DNA of 64,000 nucleotides, filler included, from Globobulimina sp. (GCA_003354225.1; 9 parts of 9 records of this genome joined end to end with filler, not necessarily neighbours in it), one strand, 5' to 3'; positions 49,820-63,814 are shown, numbered from the whole stretch's first letter. Notes: a model not told the origin generated them from the letters alone. Numbers and translations: made by a program.

Positions 49820-50476
49820 AATAGGAATGGTTAATCGATAAATAATAAAATTGGAATATCTGCTGTAATATTGATTTTCATGTCAAATCGCTTTCACCAC
49901 CAATCTTAGAATATTTTTTTGTATCTTTGTATATATTTTTTTTTTGTGAGGGACCAAACCTGTGAGATTTAAAATCTTACTCAATCTTACTCAATTTCAC
50001 AGATTTTCTTTAACAAAATAACCTATATTTTGCTTCAGATTTTGCTTTTGCTTCAACTTTTGAGAGCTTCGACAAGAGATATTGCTTTAATAACCTCTTA
50101 GCGACGTTAATCTTGCTATTCCATTGACGTTTGTTCCCACTGACTGCCATTTGTTGACTTTTAGGCTCTCTTGGCCTTAAATTATACTTGACATTAGTGA
50201 GTAAGATTGAGTAAGAATTCAAATTTAAATTTACGTACTGAGTACATTTAACAATGGCAAACAAAAAAAAAAAGGTACGTAGTAATAGCCTATGATATTA
50301 TTCGATCATGTACCAAATATAAAGTTGATAACGCAAGGTTATGGTATAGCTGAAATTATTGAGAAATTAACCAATCNNNNNNNNNNNNNNNNNNNNNNNN
50401 NNNNNNNNNNNNNNNNNNNNTTAATTAATTAANNNNNNNNNNNNNNNNNNNNNNNNNNNNNNNNNNNNNNNNNNNN

Positions 50477-53400
50477 TGCGTAGAATTTATAAATATTGGT
50501 TCAATGAATCGAAAATTATTATAATTATCATAATATAACTTACAAATATAATTGGATGAATTATAGAAATTAAAACCTTGAATGTACATTAAAGACACAT
50601 ATTGCGATGGTGCGGCAAATATAATCGAAGGAATGGTTTGAATTAAAGTAATTTCTGGAACAATATCTATGAATAATTGAGTATTATAATATTGTTGATC
50701 ATTAAATCCAACTTGAATTAAATGTGTTGTTCCTGAGGCTAAATCTGTTGAAAAACCCAGATTATTCAATAAAAATTCAAACACAATTAAATCTTCCCAT
50801 ATTTCAATTGGAGACATAATAATATTATCTCCAATTTTGATTTTGGTTAAATAATCAATAAATCTTTCTCCCTCCAAATGTAATGTAACTGCACTCAAAT
50901 TATAATATGTCGGCTCAATATCTTGAATTGTATTGGGTAAAATCGTTGAAAATATTGGTGTTGGATAATACCAAAATGGAATATACACTCCGCTATAAAA
51001 TGCATGTCCTGTCGTAGTTTCGCGGATCCATAATTGGGCGACTTCATCATTAATATATTCATTACCGGTTAAGCTAACATACAAAGGCGGTGATAAACAT
51101 TGTACACTCACACTGCTGTTATATGCATGCAATGTACTTTCATAAATACCTTTACTTGTATTAAATACACATTTATCTGTATCTTCAAATCCTGTTCCAT
51201 TCACAGTAATTACTGTATTGCCTTCTAATGGTCCCATACTTGGATGAATACTATTAATATTTGGTACTGCATCATTATGAAATGACAGCGTAAACTCTGA
51301 TTCGTTGAATGTGGTATGCCCAGCAATCCAAATGGTTATTTTTAATGGAGAAATAAAGGACACATTGTCAGCAGGATATATGAGTGGAATATGAACATGA
51401 AGCAATGTAGAATTTACATATTCTAGTTCTAATATCACCTCAGAACGTGAGCTCACTGATTGTGCAACATCTGATGTTTTATGAATAACAAACCAATTTT
51501 GAGAAAATAACGACATGCAATCAAAGTTAGCACCAATCACAGCAATTGTCACATTTTGTTGTGGATAAATTGTATCCGGTGATATGGAGGTAATGGATGG
51601 CGTGGATATGTATTTAAACTGTAAATTGGTATCATAAAAAATAACACCTCCATCAAATGAAATTTCAATGGTAATATTTCTATATAATTCATTGGTTTGT
51701 GCTGGTATTAGACATCGAATAACTCCATATTTAAAACCAGCATTGCCATCAGATTCTAATAATACTTGTCCGGTTTCTTTCAGTCTGCATAGATAATCAC
51801 CCCAATCTTCAAATATACCATCTAATTCTATCCATGTGGACATTGTATCAAATCCAAATGATGGATTTATTGATGTTACCACAATGTCTGAATAATATCT
51901 GTATTCAAATGCAGCACCGATGCAATAGCCAGAATATAAGTGATCGTTAAATGTGTTTGAACTTAAACATAAAGTCACACTTTTTACCGAATCAGTGGTT
52001 AAAATTAATGGGTTATACCGAGGAATAGTACATGAAATATTTGTATTTGGTATCACTGAAATATCATTAATTACACATAATGTATCGGCTAAGTCAATAT
52101 AAATTCCAGTAAAATATACAATATTATTACCTGACACAGGACCCATCAGATTGGAGGTAAAATTCAGTATCTTTGGAGGGAATTTGTATTTGAATACATC
52201 ATCAATGAATAAAATTCGATTTGAATCATCAATAAACGACAGCTGTAATGTAAAATTCATTGCATAATCAGTGTCATTATAGTCTGGTACGAGACATGTT
52301 AAATGTGATGAATTTATCACATGATAAACTGCAGAGATATATTGCACCGAATTATTATTCGCATTTGAAAACCAACATTTTGAAGAAACATCAACTCCGC
52401 GATCATACGGGAAATTACTACCAATCACAGTGATATTATATCGATAACCAATAATTCCAAAATTTGGTACAATGGATGTTATCATTACTGATGGTGTTAC
52501 ATCAAATGAGTATGATGGAGAATATTGTTGATTGTTTAATGAAATTGAAATTTGGATTGTCATTGATTCAAAAGTTGCAGGAAGCGTTATTGTTACATGT
52601 GATGTATCGATGTACGTAATTGTTAAAACATTTGCATCCATTCCATTATATCGTGCAGATAACAACGATGAATTAACGAAATGAGTCCCAGTCACAGTGA
52701 TCACAGTGCCTGGAGGACCAAATGGTGGCCATATCGAGGAAATGTTGACAATGTCATGATAATAAAAATAAAATGGTATTTCACTGTGATAGCCCAAACT
52801 ATCTAATATCTCAACGGAAGATATTCTTGCTTCAACCAAAGCATTTGTTATACATATCACTACATTTGCATTGATATAGGTTGTTGTCACTGGATATCCA
52901 TCAATATTACAGACAGAAGCATTTGTAAAATATGACCCATTGACTATTATCTTTGTATTGCCAGTGCGTGGGCCGAGTGTCGGAAATATACTTGAAATCC
53001 TAGGAAATTGGTTTGTAAATAATAAGATATGATTCATTTCAATCGAATTGTCATTATAATAAATACCATTTACTGTGACGCGAAGCAATAATATTGATAT
53101 GGCAGACATAGACCAATTTGATGGTGTATTACAAGTTAACGTTGCCGAATCAATATAGGTGGCAAATGTTGTTGTTTCAATCAATGTGTTTGTTGTATAA
53201 TTTGTGTAATAACATGCCAATGTCGAGATATTTGCAAAACCAGAACCAGAAACTGTGAGTAATGCATCAGTGTATAACGGGAGAACTGCAACTGGTGATA
53301 TTTCATAAATTTTTAGTTCGGGCAAATATATTAAATCTATTAAATATTCATTGTCATTCCAGTTAGAACCATCATCCAATGACACAGATATTTGCAGTGT

Positions 53401-56400
53401 ATCCGGTGTGTGAGCTATGGGAATAAATACAATCTCTGTGTTGGATATCATTGTGACATTGGATATTATTGTATAATCACTGGGATCCATAGCTGATGTT
53501 AATTTTATTAATAATGAAGGATATGTACCAAAACAACAGCCACGTAATGTCACGGTATCTCCATTATCCGCATGGATATATGTCGGAAATACGGAATATA
53601 AGCGAGGTAATGTATAAAAATGAAATCGAAATCGTTCATGCTGGCTATATTCATTACAATTTGGCGATACTTCAACAGCTACCACTTTATTCCAATATTT
53701 TGGTGTTGTACATTGAATATACGAATCATTCAAAACAGTATAAACTGTATCAGTTCCGGATGAAGCGTCAAACCGACAACAACCTCCAATTTGATTTAAA
53801 TTCTGCCCATAAATTGTAATTATTGTACCACCTTCAACTGGGCCATGAATAGGATACATTCTTTCAATCAACGGATAGGGCACATATATAAACTTTGAAT
53901 CACACAAATAAAAATCCCAACTATTGACTGTGATTTCAACTAATGATTCACCATAAAATTCATCAGAAAATGGAACAACACATTGAATTGCTGATGTATT
54001 TATTACTGTTGCCTCAACCCAGGAAAACCCAAAAAATCTGCAATAAATTGTATTGTTAAATGTTGTAATAAAATTCGAACCAAATACAGTAATTTTAGTG
54101 CCACCAAAATAATAACCAGAGGTTGGTTCAATGGCAGAACAACTGGGTTGGGCATAATATGTGAATGATAAACTTCTAATCGCTTCCCAATCTTCCCCAT
54201 TATTTGAAATTGATAAATCAACAGCAACAGAACTATTGAATGCAGCCTTAATTGATGTAACTGTGTGATTCCATATTGATGGCATATATATAATTAATGT
54301 TTCATTATCTGCAAATATTGCATGTATGTCCATTATATAATGAATTCTCACAGTTAAAAATGCCGTTGGTATAAAATTTGTGCCCTTGATTATAACTCTG
54401 GTATTTCCTAATTCTGCGCCATTTGCTGGATATAATTCTGTCATTGTTACATCATCCACATAATAGAAATAGTGTTGAAATGCACGATAATTTTGCCCAT
54501 TATTAGAACATTCAATGTGTATATTGTTGCTACTGCTGTTATTTGATAATAATAATGATGACCAAGTTGGAGTGGTAAATGTTAATAAATATCGCGAAAC
54601 AAATATAGGTTCAAATATATGCGTTGAAATATTGTTAATAAAACACGAAATTGAATCTTGTATAAAATTATCACCATACATACTGATTTTAGTACCACCT
54701 GCCTTTGGACCAAAGTTTGGATAAATATCATTTATAATCAGTTCGTCATAATATTCAAATGTTACTAAACCATCAAAATGCATAACAATGTCCCGATAAT
54801 GAATGTAAACATAAACTGTTCGTTTTGTATCTGAGAGTGGCGAAATACATTGAATTGTTGTATCTGTTTTGGAAATTACGGAAACACGCCGAAAATCCCC
54901 AATTTTACAAAATATATAATCTATATTCAACCCATTAAAGTTGCTGCCATAAATTGTTATCAATGTGCCACCTTGTTTTGGTCCAATTGTTGGTATAAGT
55001 TTTGTAAATGTTGGATTAGGTAAAATTGTATAATTCAATGAGTTTGAAACAGGATCGGTATAATCCACAGTGTTGAAGGATATTTGGAGACGGAATACTG
55101 TATTAATATTCCATGGCGAATACGTAAATGATGAGGAAATAGAATTTATATTCATGGTTGAAATCGGTGGAGGAGGACAATACAACAAATCAGCTCTATA
55201 CACAGTACCAAGCAATGGATCAAATTGATAATTATCAGTTGCTGCAATATTTGCAAATGTCACATTTAATGCGGTCCATAAACAATGAGTATCAACGGAA
55301 GGAACAAAATCTGTGCCATGAACACGGATGGATTCGTTGCTTGATTCGATGCCATAATCGGGTAATAAATAGGAGAGATAAGGAGTATGATGATAGAAAT
55401 ACACCATACCAAAGTCTGTATAATCATATCCGTTGTGTGTCACTTCGAATCGTACCATTCCAATCGATGTTACTTGCGGCGATTCAAATATTATCTCATT
55501 ATCTGTGATGGAAAAAGGAGTAACAACCAAAGATGCATTGATTTTCACTTTGGTAGTGGTTAAATTGAGGAAATTTTCACCGTCAATATGCATTAACGAA
55601 CCACCCAATGTCGGGACATATGTCGGAAATATATTATATAACAAAATATTTTCTGTGTAACTAAATTTAATTTGTTCACCAAATATATAGTCCAATCCAT
55701 TTAATGCGATATCCAAATAAACAAAAGGCATTAATTCCAAAGCTTTGCTCAGAATCGAGGGTGTTTTGCAAATAATAATGGAATCATTTATCATTTGGTC
55801 CACGTACGTTTCTTTAATGATGTTCCCGTACTGATCCACAAACTTGTACATCAATGGGACAACATCCATTATATTATTTGCATCATACATTGCAGAAAAA
55901 TTAAAATGTCCATTATTTGCAATTATGTTTAATTCTGTATTACCAGATAATGGACCGTGTGTCGGATAAAATAATAATATATCAATATCTGGATGATAGG
56001 TAAAATTTAAATACGAAGCAGAGTAATCCCAACCATTCCTTGTGACTGTAATACTGACAATTTCTGATGTATTCCATGAAGGAGTATAACATTCAATCAA
56101 TGTAGTTGTGATGTACAGTGCTGAAACAATAACTGAGTTGCCGTTTAATACTGATGTAAATTTACATTTTAAATAATCATAGACAGCGGCAAAACCTGTA
56201 CCTGATATAAATAATTTTGTATTTCCTTGAAGTGGACCAAATGTTGTCGGCATTAGTAATGTTAATGCAATGTCGTCATGATACCACCATTGTTTTATGG
56301 AGTGAGAAAATTCTGCACCACCATCCACAGATATGTCCAATGCCATTGATCTATTGTTGTTTGGTAATTTTGTGGGTGATATACATGTTAACGATACATT

Positions 56401-57563
56401 ATTTTCAGTCAATGTTGCGGTTACAATTTGCGTGCCAAATTTACATTGATGTTGTCCAGGATAAAAACTATTGTTTACAATGTTAATTCCATGCACTGTC
56501 ACTAATGTACCACCTAAAGCAGGCCCAAATGGAGGAACAATGTTTGTTACTAAAGGCAAGGTGTAATACACAAATTCAATGCCAACATCAAACCAATCCA
56601 TAGCATTGGATGAAATGTATAACGTTACAGTTTGAGCATAAAATACAGGCGGATTAATACAATAAATCTCGCTCGAACTAATTACTGTTGCTATGGATAA
56701 CATATCGTCAAATTTACAATACATTGTATTGATTGACACAGTGGATGATGCATTCAGATTGGAACCAATAATTGATATATTTTGTCCGCCGCGAGAAGAT
56801 GTTGTAGGTGGCATTAACACGGATACATTGAATATTAAATGATAATTAAATTTAATTCTTGATGTGGTTGAAAAATGTGCGCCTGAATCAGAGGATACTT
56901 CCACATAAACATATCCATAATCACTTGGTGTCGATGTAACATTTGGTGTGATACATTGCAGTGTTTCATTATTAATCCATTGTGCAAAATAGGGTGACTC
57001 TGTGGAGCCAAATTTGCATTTATACGCATTATATCTGAAGAAGAAATTTGATCCATAAATGATTACTGTTGTTCCACCTGCAATGGACCCAATATTTGGT
57101 TCAACAAAAGTTAAATTAATTCTCTCTCTCCAAGAAAATGTGACATGATCATCCGTATAATGATTGCCATTGATTGCAACATCAATTTTAGCATCGCCGC
57201 AATTATGCACACCATCCGTAGGACAACTAACAGCTGTTTCAGATACATATATACCAGAAACGATTTCTTCCGGGTTATGAAATTTACATTTTATCTGTGA
57301 AGTGTTTTTGAAATTCGTGCCATGAACAATAATGTTTTCAGAGAATCCGATTTCCATATAACTGGGTTCAAAATATTCAATATGAGGCGGTGGGTAAAAA
57401 TTCCAATTTAATGACAAATTATTTGAGTAATAATCCAACATATTCGGTGTAAATTGAAATTTTACATTATGATCTTCGATACGCGATGTCCCTGAAGATA
57501 TACATTCAATTAATGAGGAATTAATAAATGTGGCGGCTCTTTGAGGTCTATCACCAAATAAAC
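50477..57563 (-). CDS. Giant IPT/TIG-repeat cell-surface protein (both ends missing)
   Basis: More than 2300 stop-free codons of ~95-100-aa repeats with consensus I.P..GP..GGT.ITI.G.NF....C.F.....S...I.C.TP......V.VS.NG..Y.....F.Y; many NxS/T sequons. Confidence 0.92.
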
Positions 57564-58499
57564 NNNNNNNNNNNNNNNNNNNNNNNNNNNNNNNNNNNNN
57601 NNNNNNNTTAATTAATTAANNNNNNNNNNNNNNNNNNNNNNNNNNNNNNNNNNNNNNNNNNNNACCACCAGTATCATACTAAGCGCTACTTCTAGAACTA
57701 CTCGAATAAATATAGTATTTAAGGGGTGCCACTAACACTATTACCGTTTGCAGAACAGGGACAGCAAATCAGACGGGTCACCCATGGTACATAACTTTTT
57801 AATTGTAACTTCTGAGAGGATATTTTCGCCAAAACAAATACGATGGCAGTGCATTTATTGCCCAATTCGAAGTCAGTATCCAACCAAATATGGGCAATAA
57901 AGGTTTTGGTTTGCAAATAATGAGAAATGTATGCAGTCAATTTGGTCTCAAATCAGGTCCGTATAGCAAAGCAAAAAGCAATTCAATAATTGGGGAACAA
58001 AATTGCATAAGCAATCGAAACAAAGCAGTAAAAATGGATATGTGTCAACAGTAGCTCAATGTATAAAACAGCAGAATAATGGTGTGATATCATCTGTGAA
58101 TAAACAGAATGACAGCTCTAAAAATGGTAATGATATACCGATATCGAATGCAAAATTGTGGTATTGGCTTTGTGACGGAGGCGGATTGAAATGGCTTTTT
58201 TTTAATTATAATGTATCATATAGTGCATTTGGGTGCCAGATTGTTTCTAAGTCAAAATACGATAGGAAAAACTTTTTAAAGAATTGCAGTTAGTAAATAA
58301 CACGTATTAAAATATATAATAATGATATACTACACGAAATTGAGAAGCAATCTTCGAAGAGAGCGATGTTGGGGATGACCGATTATCCAGCTACTTATTC
58401 ATAATTGACGGTGTGCTTATATTTAGAGTCAATTACAAACATACACAACACTACTTCCCAAAACCACTGCAACCCTCTTAATTCCACCACAAATCTTCG

Positions 58500-59999
58500 A
58501 TGGTCATATCCTTACAATCATTGGTGTTGTTTATACAAAAATTCAAACATTACTTATCTTTCAAATGGCAGAAACTTGCAGCAATTATTATGTTTGCTGA
58601 ATTCATCTTTTATCTTCGATGGAGGCATTTGATCAATTGTGCAAAGGTTAGCCTCAATAAATTCACGACAATACACAACTATTCTAAACTTAAAAAGATA
58701 CGACATTTCGAGTCATTATGTAACAGGCATTGTCACAAACCGTACATGAAATTTATTGACTATACATTCGATAACTGTCCATTGAATCTCATTAAGAAAC
58801 AAAATATGATTGAGGCTCTAACATATCGTTACTTTGGCCAATGTGAACATAAACAAAGCAAACTTGAAATTGAATGGAGAGATAATTTCATATCAAAAAT
58901 ACTGTCACAGACTGAAGAAACTATTAGTTATCGATTCGAAGATGGATATAATGAGGACATAAAACATATATTCAGCCAATTCAAAGTGTCATATCATCCA
59001 TTCATGTTTTATTTTGCATATTTTGGAGCAAAGAAAACGGCAAACTTTGTATTTTCATTTTATTTCAAGTTTAAATTTAAATACATTAACGGACTCAAAG
59101 TCTGGTACAAATTAAATGAGAGTACTCAAAATGAAAGTGACGTAAATTTGGAACCAATTTTGATGTTTGGTGGTATCACAATGGCTAATCCAGCGCAATT
59201 TGGCATATTCATTGATCAAGTGCTCAAAAGATTCAATAATAGCAGGAATATATTGATCATAGAGATACCATGGTGTGAATGCAAAATTGATCACTACATT
59301 CCATTTGCTGCAGGCTATATCAATAACAAAACACCTCTGCCTATCAACGAAATGATGCATATTTTATTCAAACTTGAAGATATGATTTTAACTCAGAACG
59401 AAAAAGCATTAAAGGTATTACGCACGCGCACTGGAGGGGAACACAAAAGATCATTGATATTACAATGGAATTTATTAGGGATAAGCGCAGGTTCTTATGT
59501 CTGTTCATCCATTTACCAAAATGTCAAAGATCACAAAAGAGGCATAATTCCAAGGCTTATATTAATTGATGGGCCTGTTTTATGTTCCTCAGATATGAAA
59601 AGTTTGGCATGTACAACAAACCTAAATAGTGACACCGAACATGAATCACAATTTAAACATTCAATTGTGGGCAAATTATTTAAACATTTCATAAGGGAGG
59701 AACTGATGATTGAAACAACCTCAATGGATGCATGTAATTGGAATAATTGGACTGATAATTGTTTATATCCCTATGAGTTAATTAATGATGGATGTCAAAA
59801 ACCACATGTCATTGTCACTTCAACAGAAGATCATATAGTAGCATCACACGTAATCGATAAAGCAATCCAAGAAGCAAATCAAATGCGCATTGGACATAAT
59901 AATGAGATTAAGCATATAATTCTACAAGACAAATTCCATGCATACTTTTTAATGGACACAAAGACTCAGAATGATGTTATTGACTTCCTTAAACGTTGA
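58500..59999 (+). CDS. Alpha/beta-hydrolase-fold protein with N-terminal membrane segment
   Basis: PILMFGG, nucleophile elbow LLGISAGSYV, LILIDGP, STEDHIV and C-terminal HAYF (S-D-H triad order). Confidence 0.7.
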   Translation: MVISLQSLVLFIQKFKHYLSFKWQKLAAIIMFAEFIFYLRWRHLINCAKVSLNKFTTIHNYSKLKKIRHFESLCNRHCHKPYMKFIDYTFDNCPLNLIKKQNMIEALTYRYFGQCEHKQSKLEIEWRDNFISKILSQTEETISYRFEDGYNEDIKHIFSQFKVSYHPFMFYFAYFGAKKTANFVFSFYFKFKFKYINGLKVWYKLNESTQNESDVNLEPILMFGGITMANPAQFGIFIDQVLKRFNNSRNILIIEIPWCECKIDHYIPFAAGYINNKTPLPINEMMHILFKLEDMILTQNEKALKVLRTRTGGEHKRSLILQWNLLGISAGSYVCSSIYQNVKDHKRGIIPRLILIDGPVLCSSDMKSLACTTNLNSDTEHESQFKHSIVGKLFKHFIREELMIETTSMDACNWNNWTDNCLYPYELINDGCQKPHVIVTSTEDHIVASHVIDKAIQEANQMRIGHNNEIKHIILQDKFHAYFLMDTKTQNDVIDFLKR

Positions 60000-60683
60000 A
60001 TTTTAATACATATATTTCACACGTTGCTCAATATGCAATTCATATATAGCTTGTAAAAACTTCTTGCTAAAAAAACCTCAAAGATTAGATGCGAATTTGA
60101 TGTTCCTTTCGGAGAATATTTTGAAGATGAGTGTAGGTATTATAAACTTATTCCAAAAGTCTTACGAATAGAAACGTCGCATAATTTTCGCCACGCAAAC
60201 TCGAAACAAATTTCCCCTCGCAACAAATATCATTGGGACGTTTAAAATCAATATTAACACATTGAGGAGGAAACAATCACATCATTATCAATAATAGTAC
60301 CTCGAATTTTATCTAAAATTTGTGGTTCAAATGTCACTTTGAATTGTGTTCAAATTGACAACAATGACACTGATACAGACAGCGAATCAGCAAGTACTTC
60401 TGACTCAAATTAATGAAATGTTTTTTTTTAAAGGGTGTTTTTTTTTAATTTTCTTTTTGATGAAAATTTTTAGAGGGTGGTTTTTTTTGAAATTTTTGCA
60501 ATTCGAACAATAGTTAGCATAAGCTATATACCCGATCAATTTTATGCCCCCTAAGACTTTTAGAAAAAGTTACCAATTCCTTTAAAACCTGTGAGCTTCA
60601 GTCAAGGCAGTTGCAGACTTTCGGAATTTGCACAAACTGCACTGTATTCTGCCATGATCTTCTGACATTAGCTTGAACAGACA

Positions 60684-60950
60684 ATGTCAAATCCACGGCA
60701 AAGAACGCTGTTCACAGTGGGTAGACTGGGAGAATCATACATGAAATGTCGAGCGCAAGGCGTTGCCTACGGCAAATGCATGTCCATCGCAGCCAACATA
60801 TCAGTACAAAAAGGCTGTTGTGACAAAGAATTCCAAATATTAAAAAATTGTGTCGCATTATACAAGTTACCATATATCTCATTAATACTAACCCTTACAC
60901 AAATTAATTAATAAATAAATTAGTTACGCAAATCTCGCATCAAGAAATGA
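60684..60950 (+). CDS. NDUFAF8: NDUFAF8-like twin CX9C mitochondrial protein (2 exons)
   Basis: KCRAQGVAYGKC..KGCCDKEFQILKNC; intron 60852-60923 adds LRKSRIKK-stop. Confidence 0.7.
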
Positions 60951-62143
60951 GACATATCCTTGCACACAAAATACAAAACATAAAATGCTTGTCAGTTGTC
61001 AAAACACGCGTGCGACTGTCAATATTGTACAATAATCTATCACTAAATTAACTAATTCACATACCCATAATCTCCATCATGCCAGCTACAGTTTGTGATG
61101 ATAACTCAATGAAGATTTGGGTTAAAATCCCAATCATCACGGTTTTTTTTAGTTTTTTTTTAGTTTTTTTTGTGTTTTTTATGATTTGTATATGTTTCCG
61201 AGAGGGATATTTATGAAACGGAGTGGTTTTTAGAGGGACCATTTATGAAAAGCGTCCCTCTAAAACCAATCTGTTTCATAAATGGTCCATCCAAAAGCAA
61301 TCTGTTTTCAAATCAAATAACTTATAGTATACACTCTATCCCTCCAACGAGGGTCGTTTATCACCAAGGAAAAGAGAGAATATATTTGGTGAAAATATCA
61401 ATCATATTATTGGTTGATTTGCTATGGTATTTTTATTTATCGCCTAACTTTTCAAACCGAAGAATCCAACTTTGCCAAATCGAGAACCTGTTTGATTGAT
61501 ACAATGCACACACACAATACCAAACACACAAAGCTTATCTTGAGTGCCATTAAATGCGTGTAACGTTGAGTTTGACCTTTTCATTCAGTGTCAAACCTAA
61601 AAACTTGTCCAATCGAGCATGGACCTGTCTCATCGTCATACACACAGTCTAATCATTGCCAATCTATTATAATGTTATTAAAGATGCATATGGAGCTTGG
61701 TTACATTCAAGAGATCAGAACAAAAAATTGCGAATTGGTATTTGGATAATATTTATGGAGCATGGACTTTATGTGATGTATGAATTTATTTTGGTATTTG
61801 TAGGAAAGATCGCCAAACTTGGATGGAAAAAATGGATATTTATTTTTGTTTCTCACAAAGGGGAAACGGTGAGAAAGTATCATATGACGGATATTGGTAT
61901 ACGGCGACAGAAACGATGCCGTAATTATGGAATGAATGAGCAATATTCGCTCAAACCAAAGCCAATCACTTCATATGCATATAAAGTGGATATAAAAGAT
62001 ATTAGATTGGAATTTTATGATTTGAAAATTTAAAGGGACATTTTTGTCGCGTTTTCCAAGGGGAAAAAATCGAGTGATGGGATACAAAATAAGTTAACAT
62101 CCAAACAAAGTTACAAGAATTTACTGTTTTCACCTGAAAATCA

Positions 62144-63814
62144 TCAAACTCGTAAGTCAAATTGTTCATCTCTGTCCAAAAAGGCACGAACATATTCCAC
62201 AAAATGTTCTTTCCATTCATTATAACACATTCTGTTATTTACAAATTCAAAAAGTGCATATTTAAAATGTGTTAATATCTGAATGCTTTCTTGGTACTTA
62301 AAAATAGGTTTCATTCTTTTTTCCATCTGTGTCACTTTTGAATAATATTTCATCACATTATACAATAAATACTCAAACATAAATCTCCCATCATTTGCAG
62401 CAACCGTTTCTTTCCACGCTTCCCTTAATATCATATCATTTTTATTTGCCTCAATATACAAGGCGACATTGGCCCAATTTTTAGGCCAAAATGAAATCTG
62501 TTGATCCAAATCTTCATCGCTCTCATCCTCCACCTCAATATCCCACATTTTATCATCGCTTTCAATCAAATATTTGGCATCAACATCAATATCAATTTCA
62601 TAATCAACATTATTACTTTCCGTATTTGCTTCTGGATTGCTGGGAATTTTATAATTTACAATCCATTCCACAAATTTATTGTTAAATAATTCAAATTGTA
62701 GCAATTTTGTCGGGTTAAGCTCAGAAACAAAGTCCTCATCAACTGAAGAAACCTCTGCCTCATTAATACCACTCAAACATTCATCAAATACAAAGCGAGC
62801 CAGTCCATTGATGTGATGATAAGAATCGCGAAAGGATTTGGTCTGCTTCTTTGGATATTTAATATGTAAATATTGCACAGTACAACAATAAAGTAACCAA
62901 TTTAAATTTTTATTTTGTGCCTCGTCATCCAGCCATGTCATCCAGCATTTCAATAGAAAATTATATTTAAAATCTTTGCTCCCCAACATCAGCAATGCGA
63001 AGGGCACCCAATCCCTATCAAAAAAGGACACACTTAGTCCGAGAGAAATATTTGACACTCTTCGAAAAAATTCCATGGGACATTGGATTTCATACTGCTT
63101 CTTTTTATCAAATTGCACTGCAAACGCTGACATTTCAACTTTGGGAATATTGTATTTCAAAATATGTCCTTTCAGAGCAATATTGTTAACGTTGTCAGGT
63201 TCGATGGCTGTGGCCGGAGTATTGGGCACAACATAGATTCGAATGATACCCCAAATATTACACAATAAGCCGGCAGAAAAGACAATGACCACAACAATAA
63301 ACGTTGTGATGGAGTCAAATTTGTTAAAACTAAATAACATCATTGCGATATATATAAAAAACATACAGAATAAGAGAGCGACTCTGCTCATTTGGCGAAC
63401 TATTGAGGTATATTCAACATAATTTATATAGTCTGTAAATAGTCGAGTTTCGTATTTTGAGATTGAAAGTTCCTGAAATTGCGTCTGCAATAAATAATAA
63501 TGTGTGGTCATAATAAATGTGCTGAAACCAGATAATATTACAACCATTGAAATGCAAATAAAAAAAGTTGCATTCAACGCTTCATTGTCTTCAAAATGAG
63601 CTTCCGGTGTTTCAAACCATAATGAAAATGCGAATGCGAAAATAAATGAGCTAATCACTGCCAATGTACTGACTGCATCAATGCCGTGTTCTAACGATGA
63701 TAAAATATGTTTCCTTTCTTCTTCAGCAGATATTACATTTGTGCTCGTTCCTGCTTGTTCTGCGCTTAATTGGTCTCGGAATACTGAAGACTTTGTTCTT
63801 TGAAGCAACGACAT
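62144..63814 (-). CDS. Orai-like four-TM protein with long C-terminal soluble domain
   Basis: TM1 SSFIFAFAFSLWFE, TM2 LNATFFICISMVVILSGFSTFIMTT, TM3 ending FSFNKF, TM4, then ~360 aa helical/acidic tail. Confidence 0.6.
   Translation of the reverse strand: MSLLQRTKSSVFRDQLSAEQAGTSTNVISAEEERKHILSSLEHGIDAVSTLAVISSFIFAFAFSLWFETPEAHFEDNEALNATFFICISMVVILSGFSTFIMTTHYYLLQTQFQELSISKYETRLFTDYINYVEYTSIVRQMSRVALLFCMFFIYIAMMLFSFNKFDSITTFIVVVIVFSAGLLCNIWGIIRIYVVPNTPATAIEPDNVNNIALKGHILKYNIPKVEMSAFAVQFDKKKQYEIQCPMEFFRRVSNISLGLSVSFFDRDWVPFALLMLGSKDFKYNFLLKCWMTWLDDEAQNKNLNWLLYCCTVQYLHIKYPKKQTKSFRDSYHHINGLARFVFDECLSGINEAEVSSVDEDFVSELNPTKLLQFELFNNKFVEWIVNYKIPSNPEANTESNNVDYEIDIDVDAKYLIESDDKMWDIEVEDESDEDLDQQISFWPKNWANVALYIEANKNDMILREAWKETVAANDGRFMFEYLLYNVMKYYSKVTQMEKRMKPIFKYQESIQILTHFKYALFEFVNNRMCYNEWKEHFVEYVRAFLDRDEQFDLRV

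Noticed and set aside
49820-50376. Short minus ORF 50010-50264 or hidden channel exon
   Set aside because: No ATG start, recognisable motif or pore-like sequence found.
61000-62100. Short ORFs as a transposase or gene remnant
   Set aside because: Fragmentary with no motif I can support.
43283-63814. Ca2+-signalling cluster (Cache-TPC, TIG protein, Orai-like)
   Set aside because: The genes lie on different contigs joined artificially; proximity is meaningless.
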